This document shows positions 28,001 to 37,167 of a DNA stretch of 64,000 nucleotides, one piece after another. The DNA is from Phoronis australis (taxonomy: Eukaryota > Animalia > Phoronida): the NCBI GenBank assembly GCA_002633005.1, contig NMRA01000335.1, forward strand, positions 62,001 through 126,000, given 5' to 3'. Made by a program: the position numbers and the translations under genes. The notes under the pieces are model-generated. The model searched no databases. It worked only from the letters and a program-made list of their open reading frames with translations, and had not been told where the DNA came from. Every line of letters starts with the position of its first letter. Position 1 is the stretch's first letter.

Positions 28001-31000
28001 TTCTACACCCAATGCCAAGCCATTGAAGCAATCTACTCTAACACCTCTGACATCAAAGCCAATGGCCGGCTCTGGCACAGGGCCTCAGTCAGGATTCGAC
28101 ATCAAGCAAGAAATTAAAGACGCGCTCCTAGACAGCGAAATTAAGGGTTTCTTCACGGAATTACTGCAATCGCTTGTTTCTGCTCAAACTACTGCCATTC
28201 GTGAACTTTTAGNCTGTGTGATCTTTGGGATGTAACAGCCCTCATCCTCGCCCAAGTTATCCGAAAGATACTTCAATTTCCAGACTACTCTCACTGTAGC
28301 TTCCGTAACAATCTAAATAGTCTCGGGCACTTCTTGTAAACGATGTAACCCAACTCTGACGGACGTGGGTCTGAACCGGCTTTGGCCTTCATGTAGTTTC
28401 AACCCTCTTGGTGGACGGAATTCCTTCCGACACCTTTACTAAGTAGTTCCAACAAGCGCAGTTTGGCAACTCTCGCAATAGTTACTGTAGCGAAGTTGTA
28501 CAAGCAAATATGGCAGAAGCACTCCGCATACGAACTACAAATGCAACTGTTTTGTCTCGATTTTTTCGAAATTATATTTCACCGAACTCTGTGACTGCAC
28601 AATCTCATAGGATCACACACCAACCCACACACATCAACTGAGCTTAAACTAAATAGTTACCTGAGTAAGGTACCGTGTTTTCAGTATAGTTATATTTCGC
28701 TGCATTTTCAATTCAGTGTCATGATTGGGGGCGCTGACGAGAAAAATCCTTCATCACACGTTTGGTCAAGGAAAAGAAAATGTCAATGAAATGTTCTAGC
28801 TCGTTTCTTTGTTCGTATTCCATAACTTATTATGGGCACTGGAGTTGTGAATATATATATTGCCTAAATGTAATTACTTTATGTCATTTTACGAGCAGTA
28901 CTCTTACTGGAAGAAAAGAACTGTTCAACATTTGAGCCCTAAAATCACCTATATTGACATTGCTAGCTCGTGCACTGATCTCCTAAGTATAAAAGTCTTC
29001 CAAGACTTGAAGTTGACAGCCTCCGAAAATTTGTATTGGAGGTCTTTAAAACGTTCGTGTTCAGCATACCCTAACTCTCCCGAAGTCTGGAGTACAGTCA
29101 ATCCAAATTGAGGCCATGCCGTATGAAATAGTCTCCCAGGCAAGCAGTTCCAAATATCCACGGCTTTTACTTTGGTTTTTTCTTTTTTATTTATTGTGTT
29201 TATTTTGCTGACTGTTATTTTACTGTCCGTGAAAAGAAACTGTTGCTCGCATTTACTAGTTTAAAAACTTTACATAAATATCAGTTTGAGTTGAGGTGTC
29301 TCAAGCTTATCGAAAACCCACCTGCTTGCTTCTGCTACCGTTAGCCACAAATGATTGTGGACAAAGATAAAGAGCAATCACAGTGTGTTACATGCTTGGA
29401 CAATAGACGTCTTGTTGGTACTGTGTTCCTGGACCTGAAAATGCCTTTGACTCGGTCGATCAATGCTGTCTCTTGAACAAGCTGCATGGACGTGGTATCA
29501 GAGATGTGGAGGGAGTGGTTCAGGTGCTAAACAGGGCTACAGATTTCGATGTATATACGTGAATGGTCACTGGACAGGTTTCTCCACTGTCCAGTATGGA
29601 CTCTCTCAGGAGCTCAAACTAAGCCCCATCGTATTCAGTAGTTAAATAAATGATCTAACTAATGTTAATGATAAGAAAGCTGTTAAGTACGCCGATTACA
29701 CCGTCTTGTTTTATGATGACCATTGTTCCAGATGTTACGATTGGAACCTGATTGCATGTTGAGTGTTATTTACACTGCTGCGATTGTATTACTTTAAACT
29801 ATTTTGGGAAAGTTTGATGGTCTAAACGGCTGACGACGTCGAGTCAACATTGACCTACCTTCTGAACTTTCCATGTCAGAGGTCACTGTTGAAGTAGCGC
29901 GGGAGGTGAAAACGGAAAACATTATTACATGGCTGTATTGTATCAGACTGATTGAACGCATATGGGATAAATTACAATGTGTGTTTAGCTATGTACGAGT
30001 CAGGGTCCCCATGGCATGGCTCCTGAGTATCTTTGTGACAAAATAATATTAGTAAGTAAGATTACCATTTGAAATACTAGGTTTAGTGATAGCAACAATA
30101 TCTGGATTCGTTAAACATGAACTAACTTTCGCAAACACTCCTTTTTCACGACTGGTGCCTTGCAATGAAACAACCTAGATCCTGGCCTCCGTCAAACTAA
30201 TTCGATTAATATTTTCTATTCCGTGTACGTTGTTACTATTTTATGATTTGAAAATTTTAATTGTATAATCGTTCACTCGTTGGTGTCAAATTTCGTGCAT
30301 TTAATTGTGCATATTAACTCTTCTTAATATACATGTATCAGTTCGTTAACTAGTTTTTAACACTCTCCTGACCTTATAAATGACAAGATGTATAATTGAA
30401 TAAGGTTTGCCCTGAATAAATATATTTTACATATTTCCTCTCGCCTTGATGGGTTGAAATTTTCCGCACAATCTAGGTTTGGAAATACAGTACATGCAGC
30501 TATCCATTTGTGTCTCCAACCATGTTGTTTTATTACAGACGACTGTGAGGAGTTGGTACTAAAAGCAAGATTTTTAGACGAATCAGTTGGAGTCTTTATG
30601 CGGCAGAGTGACGTGTACGATAGAGCGGCCGATCAGATATCTCATTTTTTGGTGGAGAAGGTGATGTCGAGAAGAGCCTCCATGTCTGATGTCAACTTTC
30701 AGAACGACACAAAAGCTGCTGGCAATCGAAGTATGCACAAGTTCAATTATTTCAATGAATGTCACATGGTCTTTGCAATTTCCCTCAGTCAATGGGTTAG
30801 ATAGATCAGTTCTCTAATGAAGCAGTTATTAACATTATGGGCAAGAAAAATATTTTACAAAAATTTAAAGTAACTCAGAATCAATCTACTATGTATAAGT
30901 AGCTCTATCGAGGCAGCAGCGCACTGTTCACTACTAAAACAAACCCAAGTATAACCTGGCAAACTATTTTAATCGCTGCACTTAAATTGTAACAACACCA

Positions 31001-31063
31001 GTCAGGGTTTCAGCGAATGTCCCCCTTTAATCAGTTATGCTGACGTGCGGAAAATTCCCAACC

Positions 31064-31095
<32 letters not shown>

Positions 31096-31619
31096 TGTAT
31101 ATGTGTGTGTGTGTGTGTGTGCTTGTGTGTATGAGTGTGTGTGTATATGTATGTATATATATATATATATGCATATGTATATATGTGTATGTGCTTGTAT
31201 ATATTCTAAATCCATCCCTTCCCAGCTATCCTGAATTAATGCTCCAACAGAATTTACCAGAATTATTTATTTCATATGGAGTATATATTCTGTTCCATGC
31301 CCCCCATATTCTTTTGTGCATATTGGAAGCAAATCCTCTGTCAATCAAGTTCTGTTGACCACTACACTTGCCTTTGTTTTTAAACATATTCATGGCCGTG
31401 TGACTTGGAATTTATGTTCAAACTTCAAACACTTTCAACATTTACAACGCGCATCATTGTATTGCAGGTGCAGATTCGGATGGTAAAACTAAGAGGTTTA
31501 GCAACCTGCTACTTCCACTATTAGCAGAAGAAGATGTTGAAATGCACGACTACAGCAGGGTATTGGACGACGAATTTCAAATTGTTGACGAAGGATCCAT
31601 GCAATCGACCTCGCCTTGA
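381..31619 (+). CDS. Gene A: polycystin-1-like protein (PKD1L/REJ family), 5'-partial, 18 exons: 381-1024,3442-3566,5303-5421,7158-7484,9205-9449,9759-9888,10511-11284,11506-11699,12420-12594,15667-15838,16510-16629,19664-19945,20807-20970,21985-22143,22397-22652,25203-25466,30539-30730,31468-31619
   Basis: GT-AG exons join in phase into ~1497 aa plus TGA. Family motifs: PLAT (YELTVYTG..SGTTSKV, RVWHDNSG..PSWF), DGHLWFSV..RPPRSSFTRVQRLTCC, QPIKV, GARLRQVR, YSGGGFVADL, WIDRNTRAIFLEF, LKLLQFNKKM. Every exon has a homologue in gene B. Exact orthology not assignable. Confidence 0.93.
1074..3327 (+). mobile_element. Non-autonomous Helentron-associated (HINE/DINE-1-like) element with central satellite array
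   Basis: Starts in a T-run with subTIR atgcaaccac plus hairpin (ccacacat/atgtgtgg). Core is degenerate tandem repeats (gattcgactactg, gagcgtttccggatga). 3' end has the complementary subTIR gtggttgcat (3292-3301), a caac..gttg hairpin and ttcttgtt. Confidence 0.7.
3442..3566 (+). CDS. Gene A exon, GAIN (KLALSPLKGSDGITVYFGVVVKKP..)
   Basis: acag|G ... G|gtatgt; homologous to 57412-57297 (FGVIVKKP). Confidence 0.85.
4741..5070. repeat. MITE-like element built of ~16-bp subrepeats (aaggttcgatagtccg, inverted in right half)
   Basis: Repeated aggttcgataatccg/aggtttgatagtccg; related copy at ~38550-38800. Confidence 0.5.
5303..5421 (+). CDS. Gene A exon, start of GPS motif (SQCKIYDEDMATWVSTNDEE)
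   Basis: Tandem acceptor aag/aag; GAG|gtaac donor; homologous to 56083-55968. Confidence 0.85.
5556..6877 (-). mobile_element. Kolobok-like DNA transposon derivative, foldback with ~310-bp inverted arms; degenerate THAP + zinc-binding transposase N-terminus
   Basis: Right end ..gcct|ttaa, left end ttga|agacgaaggcaacc. Arms 5556-5868 and 6565-6877 are reverse complements. Minus-strand MPRCCCVPGC..RFPKDETLRRTWL (THAP) and ELFGRCQVCG..LQWECVAGHSGKW. Confidence 0.75.
7158..7484 (+). CDS. Gene A exon, modified GPS end + stalk + TM1
   Basis: taag|GTT GGT ... AAG|gtaggt; VQCNYYRL..KRRRRE..TTFGCGFSVPVNTI..NPVIFAVMVAIICIYLVIVIWAKRAD. Confidence 0.92.
9205..9449 (+). CDS. Gene A exon, PLAT domain part 1
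   Basis: gtag|GTT ... CG|gtattg; 245 bp, same as B 54910-54666. Confidence 0.92.
9759..9888 (+). CDS. Gene A exon, PLAT domain part 2 (VWHDNSGRDPSWFFSR)
   Basis: ttag|A GTG TGG ... ATG|gttagt. Confidence 0.92.
10511..11284 (+). CDS. Gene A exon, TM2-TM5
   Basis: ttcag|ATT GAC ... AAG|gtaggc; FTRVQRLTCC, QPIK. Confidence 0.95.
11506..11699 (+). CDS. Gene A exon, end of TM5 + intracellular loop
   Basis: caag|GTT ... AA|gtaagc; 194 bp as in B 52303-52110. Confidence 0.92.
12420..12594 (+). CDS. Gene A exon, TM6 (S1-like)
   Basis: atag|G ... TCG|gtaagg; EIVRYVIFLYLLMMVGYGNKDPW. Confidence 0.92.
12900..13525 (+). mobile_element. Tc1/mariner transposase remnant
   Basis: KTRL..GDNLNAVKHRDNIL..FQNDNATP..MEWLT*RPNLHPFEHL = degenerate FQQDNAxPH..WPxxSPDLNPIEHL of Tc1. 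Confidence 0.8.
15667..15838 (+). CDS. Gene A exon, TOP/polycystin domain (MMGGARLRQVR)
   Basis: acag|ATA ... G|gtgag; 172 bp as in B. Confidence 0.92.
16510..16629 (+). CDS. Gene A exon, TOP domain (SCEHFINVYFSPAACRRQYSFGNEDRGRYNSKW)
   Basis: tcag|AA ... G|gtaag; 120 bp as in B 49772-49653; frame differs from the listed ORF. Confidence 0.9.
17580..18510. repeat. Degenerate satellite, ~255-bp unit made of two ~125-bp subunits
   Basis: agatcaaaccaccagataacc.gttgaa at ~17884, ~18139, ~18393, with half-unit variants at ~17750, ~17995, ~18262. Confidence 0.7.
19664..19945 (+). CDS. Gene A exon, TOP domain (YSGGGFVADL, WIDRNTRAIFLEF)
   Basis: atag|CT ... G|gtaag; 282 bp as in B. Confidence 0.94.
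20807..20970 (+). CDS. Gene A exon, TM7 (S2-like)
   Basis: caag|GA ... CGG|gtaggt; YILRLDRY; 164 bp as in B. Confidence 0.92.
21985..22143 (+). CDS. Gene A exon, TM8 (S3-like; EFWNVMEL)
   Basis: tcag|GAA ... GAG|gtaag; 159 bp as in B. Confidence 0.92.
22397..22652 (+). CDS. Gene A exon, TM9-TM10 + pore helix
   Basis: gcag|GTG ... A|gtaagt; 256 bp as in B. Confidence 0.93.
24141..24852 (+). mobile_element. Second, shorter HINE-like element of a related family
   Basis: 5' ttttgatgcacccgcacata..tatgtgatcgcatattgtcg matches 1074-1115; 3' hairpin caacgc-ttt-gcgttg. Confidence 0.62.
25203..25466 (+). CDS. Gene A exon, pore filter + TM11 + proximal C-tail
   Basis: acag|AT AAA TTT GAC ... G|gtaac; 264 bp as in B. 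Confidence 0.9.
26100..28450 (-). mobile_element. Degenerate RLE-type non-LTR retrotransposon (Hero-like), interrupted at ~27830-28213
   Basis: VYKKCPRL..EGCYIPK, ISLLDVGSKILF..QKGGVP..GCLEH..VVWLDSENAY, VKYLGK, YTWRHSKIL, TSLRPDIILWS..LTEPWE (PD..D/ExK endonuclease); multiple frameshifts. Confidence 0.85.
27831..28212 (+). mobile_element. 5' UTR and ORF1 start of a second LINE inserted in the Hero remnant, cut by an N gap
   Basis: ATG at 27948 opens MDVAHKRRASKD..DIKQEIKDALL..TTAIREL up to the N at 28213; Hero RT sequence resumes on both sides. Confidence 0.5.
29390..29715 (+). mobile_element. CR1/L2-type reverse transcriptase remnant
   Basis: LDNRRLVGTVFLDLK/AFDSVD..LLNKL, YGLSQELKLSPIVF..INDL, KYADYTVLF (RT motifs 3-5, decayed). 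Confidence 0.8.
29745..29971 (+). repeat. Partial copy of the tttatcccatacgc-TIR MITE family
   Basis: Aligns to 46395-46689 and to the reverse complement of 37336-37560. Confidence 0.8.
30539..30730 (+). CDS. Gene A penultimate exon, C-tail
   Basis: acag|AC GAC ... A|gtatgc; EELVLKARFLDESV..VYD..QI matches B EEIELKAKLMADSV..VYD..QI; donor less certain. Confidence 0.78.
31064..31203. repeat. Compound (TA)n/(TG)n microsatellite
   Basis: Direct inspection. Confidence 0.95.
31468..31619 (+). CDS. Gene A terminal coding exon
   Basis: gcag|GT GCA ... CCT TGA; KTKRFSNLLLPLL aligns with B KANRLSALVMDLM; AATAAA at 31894. Confidence 0.72.
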
Positions 31620-34384
31620 TTTTCAGTTAGAGGTGGATTTCGCGTAGTTTAGTTTGTTGGCATGGGCGAGTGATACTTCAACGTTAAAAAGTTCTAATTA
31701 CTTCATTACGTAATTTTTGTCGTGAAGTGATCGCTACTTCGTATTTATCTCACGTTGCTGTACTTGCGCTTGTACTGACTCAATTTTTACTTTTTAGTCT
31801 ATCGTGATTTTGTAGTCTTTTCCTTATACGATGGCTGCACATAGCGATCATAGACAAGTTAGCCAGCGACAGGTCAGAACGTATTTATAATGTAATAAAA
31901 CTCGATTGTCAGAGTATATGATTGCGACATCGCCACCCCACCATTTCGACCATGCTCATTCGATACGAAGTTCGTCCATTTCGGTGTGACTTTATCATGT
32001 ATATTTTTACATGTACATGTAATATCAAATTTTGCAACGTATTTGGCGGGTTCACCATATTTTGGAATAAATTGAAATACTTAGGCTATCCCATCAAATT
32101 CCGTCCGAGGCTTTGTGCATAGGTACTCATATCTTGGCTTTTGTACCCACCGCATCTCCATTCACTATACTAAAAATGTCCTAGATCGTTGAGTTTGCGC
32201 ACTTCGAACTAAGAACTAGTTCACTATGCTACTGTGACTTATGGTACAGTGACCTTTATTTCGTCTACACTAATCAGAGCTTGCATGTCCCAAAAATATC
32301 ATAGCGAGTGCATTTGACAAAAAGAGCACACTTTCACTTCGGTGATTAGGCCAAACTTCACTCTGAGTTTTTAATAGTGCAGTGAAACCAAGATGGCGTG
32401 AAAATGTTCAATCGTTCTGGCTTTCAAGAAAAGGTTAATATGATTGGTTAAAAAGTGTGTTGCTTGGAAAGTGGTTTTCTCCATTTGAAGAAGTGACAAG
32501 GTTTAATGTGTCTAAAAAATTAAAGGCCATTAATCGTTTGAATACGGCGTGCAGTGAAGTTAGTAATGAATGGTCGCCGTGGAAATTTGATCCTCAATGC
32601 ATACGCCTACATGTATATGGCATTTTGGCTATTGAAAAGCATTTCCAGTTCCGTAAAATTCCGTTATATTACAACGTCGTACGGAAATGCCGAATATTGT
32701 ATCGAATGAGCGTGCTTTCGACCGTCAAATGACGTTTAATCATTTTGAAACAATTGCATTCTATTCTGAAGTATTGTGTTGTGATCAAGTGTTTCTCACT
32801 CAGAAATATCTATTTTTATAATATATTTTATAATACCCATTAGTTCCATTTTCCTATTGGATTCATATTGTCCTTTGGGTCTTACATGTACCTTGCAATT
32901 GTAATAAATTAGTTTCCATAAGTAAAACTCGGTGAATTCCTTTTAGTTACATTATATTTTTAGGCTATCGTATTTAATTGCGACGCAACTCAAATCACGA
33001 GTGAAACTGAATCTAATTTGTTGAATTTTGGAGAATGTTGTCAAATTTTCGATATTGTTTTATTCGAAGAAGGCATATATTGCTCAATTATTTATTTGAT
33101 TTATAGAGGAACTTTGAATATTACATAATTTCATTTTATTGCAGTGTTTAATATACGATATTCGGAGATTTCCAGGTCTTTTATTTCTACAAATACATGT
33201 ACACTGTGCAGATTTCTCGATCTGAGAACTTGGCATTATAAACTCCTCAGTTGTAGCCTATAGACACCATTTTCTGGTGTAAATACCATTAACCTTTTCT
33301 GCAGGGCTATTCAACATTTCAACGCAATGTTATTGTGCTTTTAATAATTGGTGACTGAAACTAACACGGCGCTAAAACCAAGTTATCGGGTCTTGCCTGA
33401 AGAAAAAATTCCTGTCTTGAAACGGAATGTGCAAGCTAATTCATTATCTTTGTGATTGCTTGGCCAAATTAGAAACGCAACATATAGAGACACTGTGCGT
33501 ATGAACTAGGTTGAAAATTGCCAAATGTTTTTAAGAACGAGTTTTGTGTCGAAAACGACTGGCCGAAAATCACACAACCGTGTCCAGTAAGTATCGCAAC
33601 GTGGTGCAGGGGAATAACACTGCATGGTGCATGGTATTTGAGCCCACAAGGTACGTCATTAGTGCAAATGTCACCTCGCAGAATTTTTGTTTTAACATTT
33701 ACAAGTTGTCAATGAATACAACTGCACTTAATTTAGCGTAGATTGTGTTCATTGTAATGTAATTTTTGTTATATATATTACCATAGTTGGGGGCATGCAA
33801 TTCTATTGGCGAGCATTTCATATTCATATTGATTCTCTAGAATAACGAGTTCGCGAAAACGTCTTTCGCTTGTTCCCGACTAAGATTCGGAGGGCAGAAA
33901 TTCAATTACTTTGCATTGCTTCATTAATCTAAACACAGACAAATAAATATCATCGTCAGCCTCTCCACTTGTTTGAATAGACTGAGTGCATTACTTCACT
34001 TTATCTTTTTGACGTGGGTTGGGTAAAAAATCTGACGTTTTGCTTGTCGCAACCAATAACTCTTCTTTTCAATGGGAAATGTATTGAACATGATGTCCTT
34101 CATCCATGAAATTTCACAAGCTTGGCCTCTTTTCGCAAGCCATAATACTTCCCGCCGCAAAACAGTGGAAATTTACCAGTATCATGGTAGAGGGGGACAT
34201 TAAAGCGCGTTTGACATATGTACCAATAAGCTGCAACCTCCCGTCCGCATCCCATGAGTGTATGTCACTGAACGCTTGCTTACCAAAACTTGATCGCCGT
34301 CTGGCGGGAAACTGAATTTCAAAATGGCGCAGATATTTCGAAGATCATCTATTTGAGTAACTTACACGATTGACCAATTGTTGA

Positions 34385-34640
34385 GCAGTATCAGATGATG
34401 TGTAAATTTTTTGAGGGTTTGGCAGTACCAGATGATGCCCAAGACGTTCAAGGGCCTGATACTATCAGACGATGTCTAAGACATTCAACAAGTTTCACAC
34501 TACCGGACGATGCCTAAGACAGTTAAGGGTATGACAGTACCAGGCGATGTCTAAGACGTTCAAGAATGTGGCATCAAAAGACGATGCCTAAGTCGTTCAG
34601 GAATGTGACAGTATCAGATGATACACTAAGACGTTCAAGG
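34385..34640. repeat. Minisatellite, ~37-bp unit x ~7 (cagtaccagacgatgcctaagacgttcaag..)
   Basis: Direct inspection. Confidence 0.85.
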
Positions 34641-35499
34641 TACGGGTTCATTGTCTTTTTGACAAAGAAGTACTTTGAAAAAATTTATCACTCCATGGCT
34701 TCATATCAGAAAGGTATTGGTTAAAAAACTTTCTTGGGATTTCTAATTAAATACTGGGTACCCAAAATGACACTTTGTGATGGGTAGCAAAGAGTCGATG
34801 GTTGTTAGTTACGAGATTGACAGTTAGTTTAAGAGAGGGACATTCGTTTGATTTGTTGCCGAAAACTACTTTTCAGAAATTCCGTTTTTGTATGACTTGA
34901 TAAAAAAAACAGAACGAAACTACAAGTTATTGAAAGTGTATTTCGTGTAACGTCTCCGCACATACAAATGTACATTTGTACATGTATGCTAGCATCGTTT
35001 GTCCAATAAATACAGATCTGTGCAAATTAAGTTAAAATACTCCTCATCCAGACACCTGTCTTCGTTTATACAACGTTCAACCGTTCCGGCAACGTCGTAT
35101 TTGCGATGAAACCACATTGACTTCCGGCGTGTTTCTTGAAGTCACAAAAAGTAGAGACGCACTGCGGTTACCAGTAGTAGCAACTTTCAGTTTTGATCAA
35201 GTTTAAGCGCTTGTACACCTAGATTTCAATGAACACCAGAGAAATTCGTGAATTCTCCGCAAACTTGACATAGTCTACTAAAAAAGATCCCAAACTCGGT
35301 TTTGGCGTATTAATATAAAGACATAAAACGACTTTCCCCCAGTTCACTAAAACAAAAAAATGCTCTGTAACCTTCGACAACCCTCAAAAGCTTGGAGCAA
35401 AATTTGGAAACTCCTTTCAAAGTCTGCTAAACGGGATATTATGACTTAGGCATTAGGCGAGTTACTTGGCAACTGCAGTGAAAGACCGCCACCAGAACC

Positions 35500-35920
35500 A
35501 TGATACGCAATCTAGGTGACACAGCAAATGTGAGTTTTTGTTTAATACAGTTTTTTTCACTCAAGTGGGACGCCGGGTGACAGAGCGAGGACTGGTTGAA
35601 ATCGCCAAGACTGGGTTTAGTATGCTTTACAGGAAGATGTTGATTCGTCAAAGTTGGAAACATTACCTGCAGTTGATTCACTCTGCCGGGCCAACCAGCG
35701 AAGGCACGTGGGCGACAAGATATCACCACGCATTACAATCGATGCAGGTGATTACACTAGTTTTTATCCGAATGCTTTGGCTCGACGGAACTCATCCCTA
35801 TATGATTATGAACTGAAAGCCGTCACCGAGAACCAGACGAATGAAATATCTCGGACGGCCGGCCCGGCTGAGTGGAAGGAGTCAATCAAATGCAGACATT
35901 TTAAATCAATTGCCGGATGA
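35500..35920 (+). CDS. Candidate two-exon orphan ORF, 105 aa (35500-35529 + 35633-35920)
   Basis: accATG; strong donor AAT|gtgagt; acceptor tttacag|GAA in frame; open to TGA; no recognisable homology. Confidence 0.3.
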
Positions 35921-36997
35921 CAGAATTAGGTCTAGTGCATACCGGTGATACCTAAACAATGAACAAGAAAATTCAACCCAAATATAATTGACTTGTGTTG
36001 ATTATATATGCAATCATTTTAAACATTACATAGTTCCGTTTAAATAATCGAATAATAATAATAATGCAATCGTCTGCAAAATTATACATTTGAATTATAT
36101 AAAACAATATATTTTGTGAAGAACGAAAGCCCGTGGAATACGATTTTTGACTTTATACCAGTCTACCATTAACTGAATCGCGAAACCATGCTTTTCTATT
36201 AAAATTGGAGAAAAGAAAGGTGCAATCATAGCAAAACAATGCGATCAGTACACGATGACAAAATTCCATTTGATGTAAACGTTGGAGTTGAAAGACCAAC
36301 GAGGCTTTTACAATTGATTATATCATACTTTCAATTTCGATTGATGCAACTTGATTTTTGCATAAAATCTTGGTTACAATGTTCTGTGATGCTTATGCTA
36401 CACTCCAACATCGTTTTAGAAAGCAATGCACAAAGAACATTAGACCTGTTTGAAAGTTGCATCTGAGTTCGACCAGGCTTCTCTGAGACATGAGGTATTG
36501 CATTTAGCCAAATTTTGCTACCTGAAGTACGTTGACTACCGCTTTGAAAATCGTATGATTGAACATGTATGATGACATGCGACGATCCACTTAGATTTTA
36601 AATTCGGACACCCAGAGATTCAATGAATCCAACTGACCGTTTTTAAATTGTTTTGTCGTCATAATATTCGTATTTTCGACTTGTAACCTATTACAAGTCG
36701 GTCCCAAATAATCAACATTTGCCACATAAAACAACATGGATTAGCCAATCAGATCATAGATCATGGGCAATGAATTCGTAATTCCGACATTTTCTAATAC
36801 ATTTCCAAGATCGCTGCTAGAGAACGGTGACGTCGCGGTGCTTAAGGCTTGTGCACTGGCCATGTACACATGCAGAGTCGGCTGTCTATGATCACTTTGA
36901 AACAACAGCAAAAGCAATGAAAACCAGCTGAGTACAGCAGTGCTTTAAACATATACAAGTAAAATTTTACTGAATTCTCGTGCTGTCAATGACGCGT

Positions 36998-37167
36998 TCA
37001 GGGTTTCTCGTTCAATTCGAGCTGACGTATGATGTCCTCAACAAATTCTTTCTGGACATGGCACGATTTCAAAACACCATTGTATTCTTCTTCCGGTATC
37101 TTCTTATTGTTCATCAGATCCATTACCAAAGCAGACAAACGATTCGCCTTTTCTTCTATTGGCAGGG
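36998..37167 (-). CDS. Gene B terminal coding exon (..LPIEEKANRLSALVMDLM..ELNEKP*)
   Basis: Acceptor tcttttttag, phase 1 compatible, open to TGA. Confidence 0.72.

Noticed and set aside
31037-31358. Cys/Val/Tyr/Ile-rich ORFs (also 39258-39699)
   Set aside because: Translations of dinucleotide microsatellites.
34385-34640. Regularly spaced ~37-bp repeats resembling a CRISPR array
   Set aside because: Units are contiguous and degenerate with no unique spacers, no cas genes, and the context is eukaryotic: a minisatellite.
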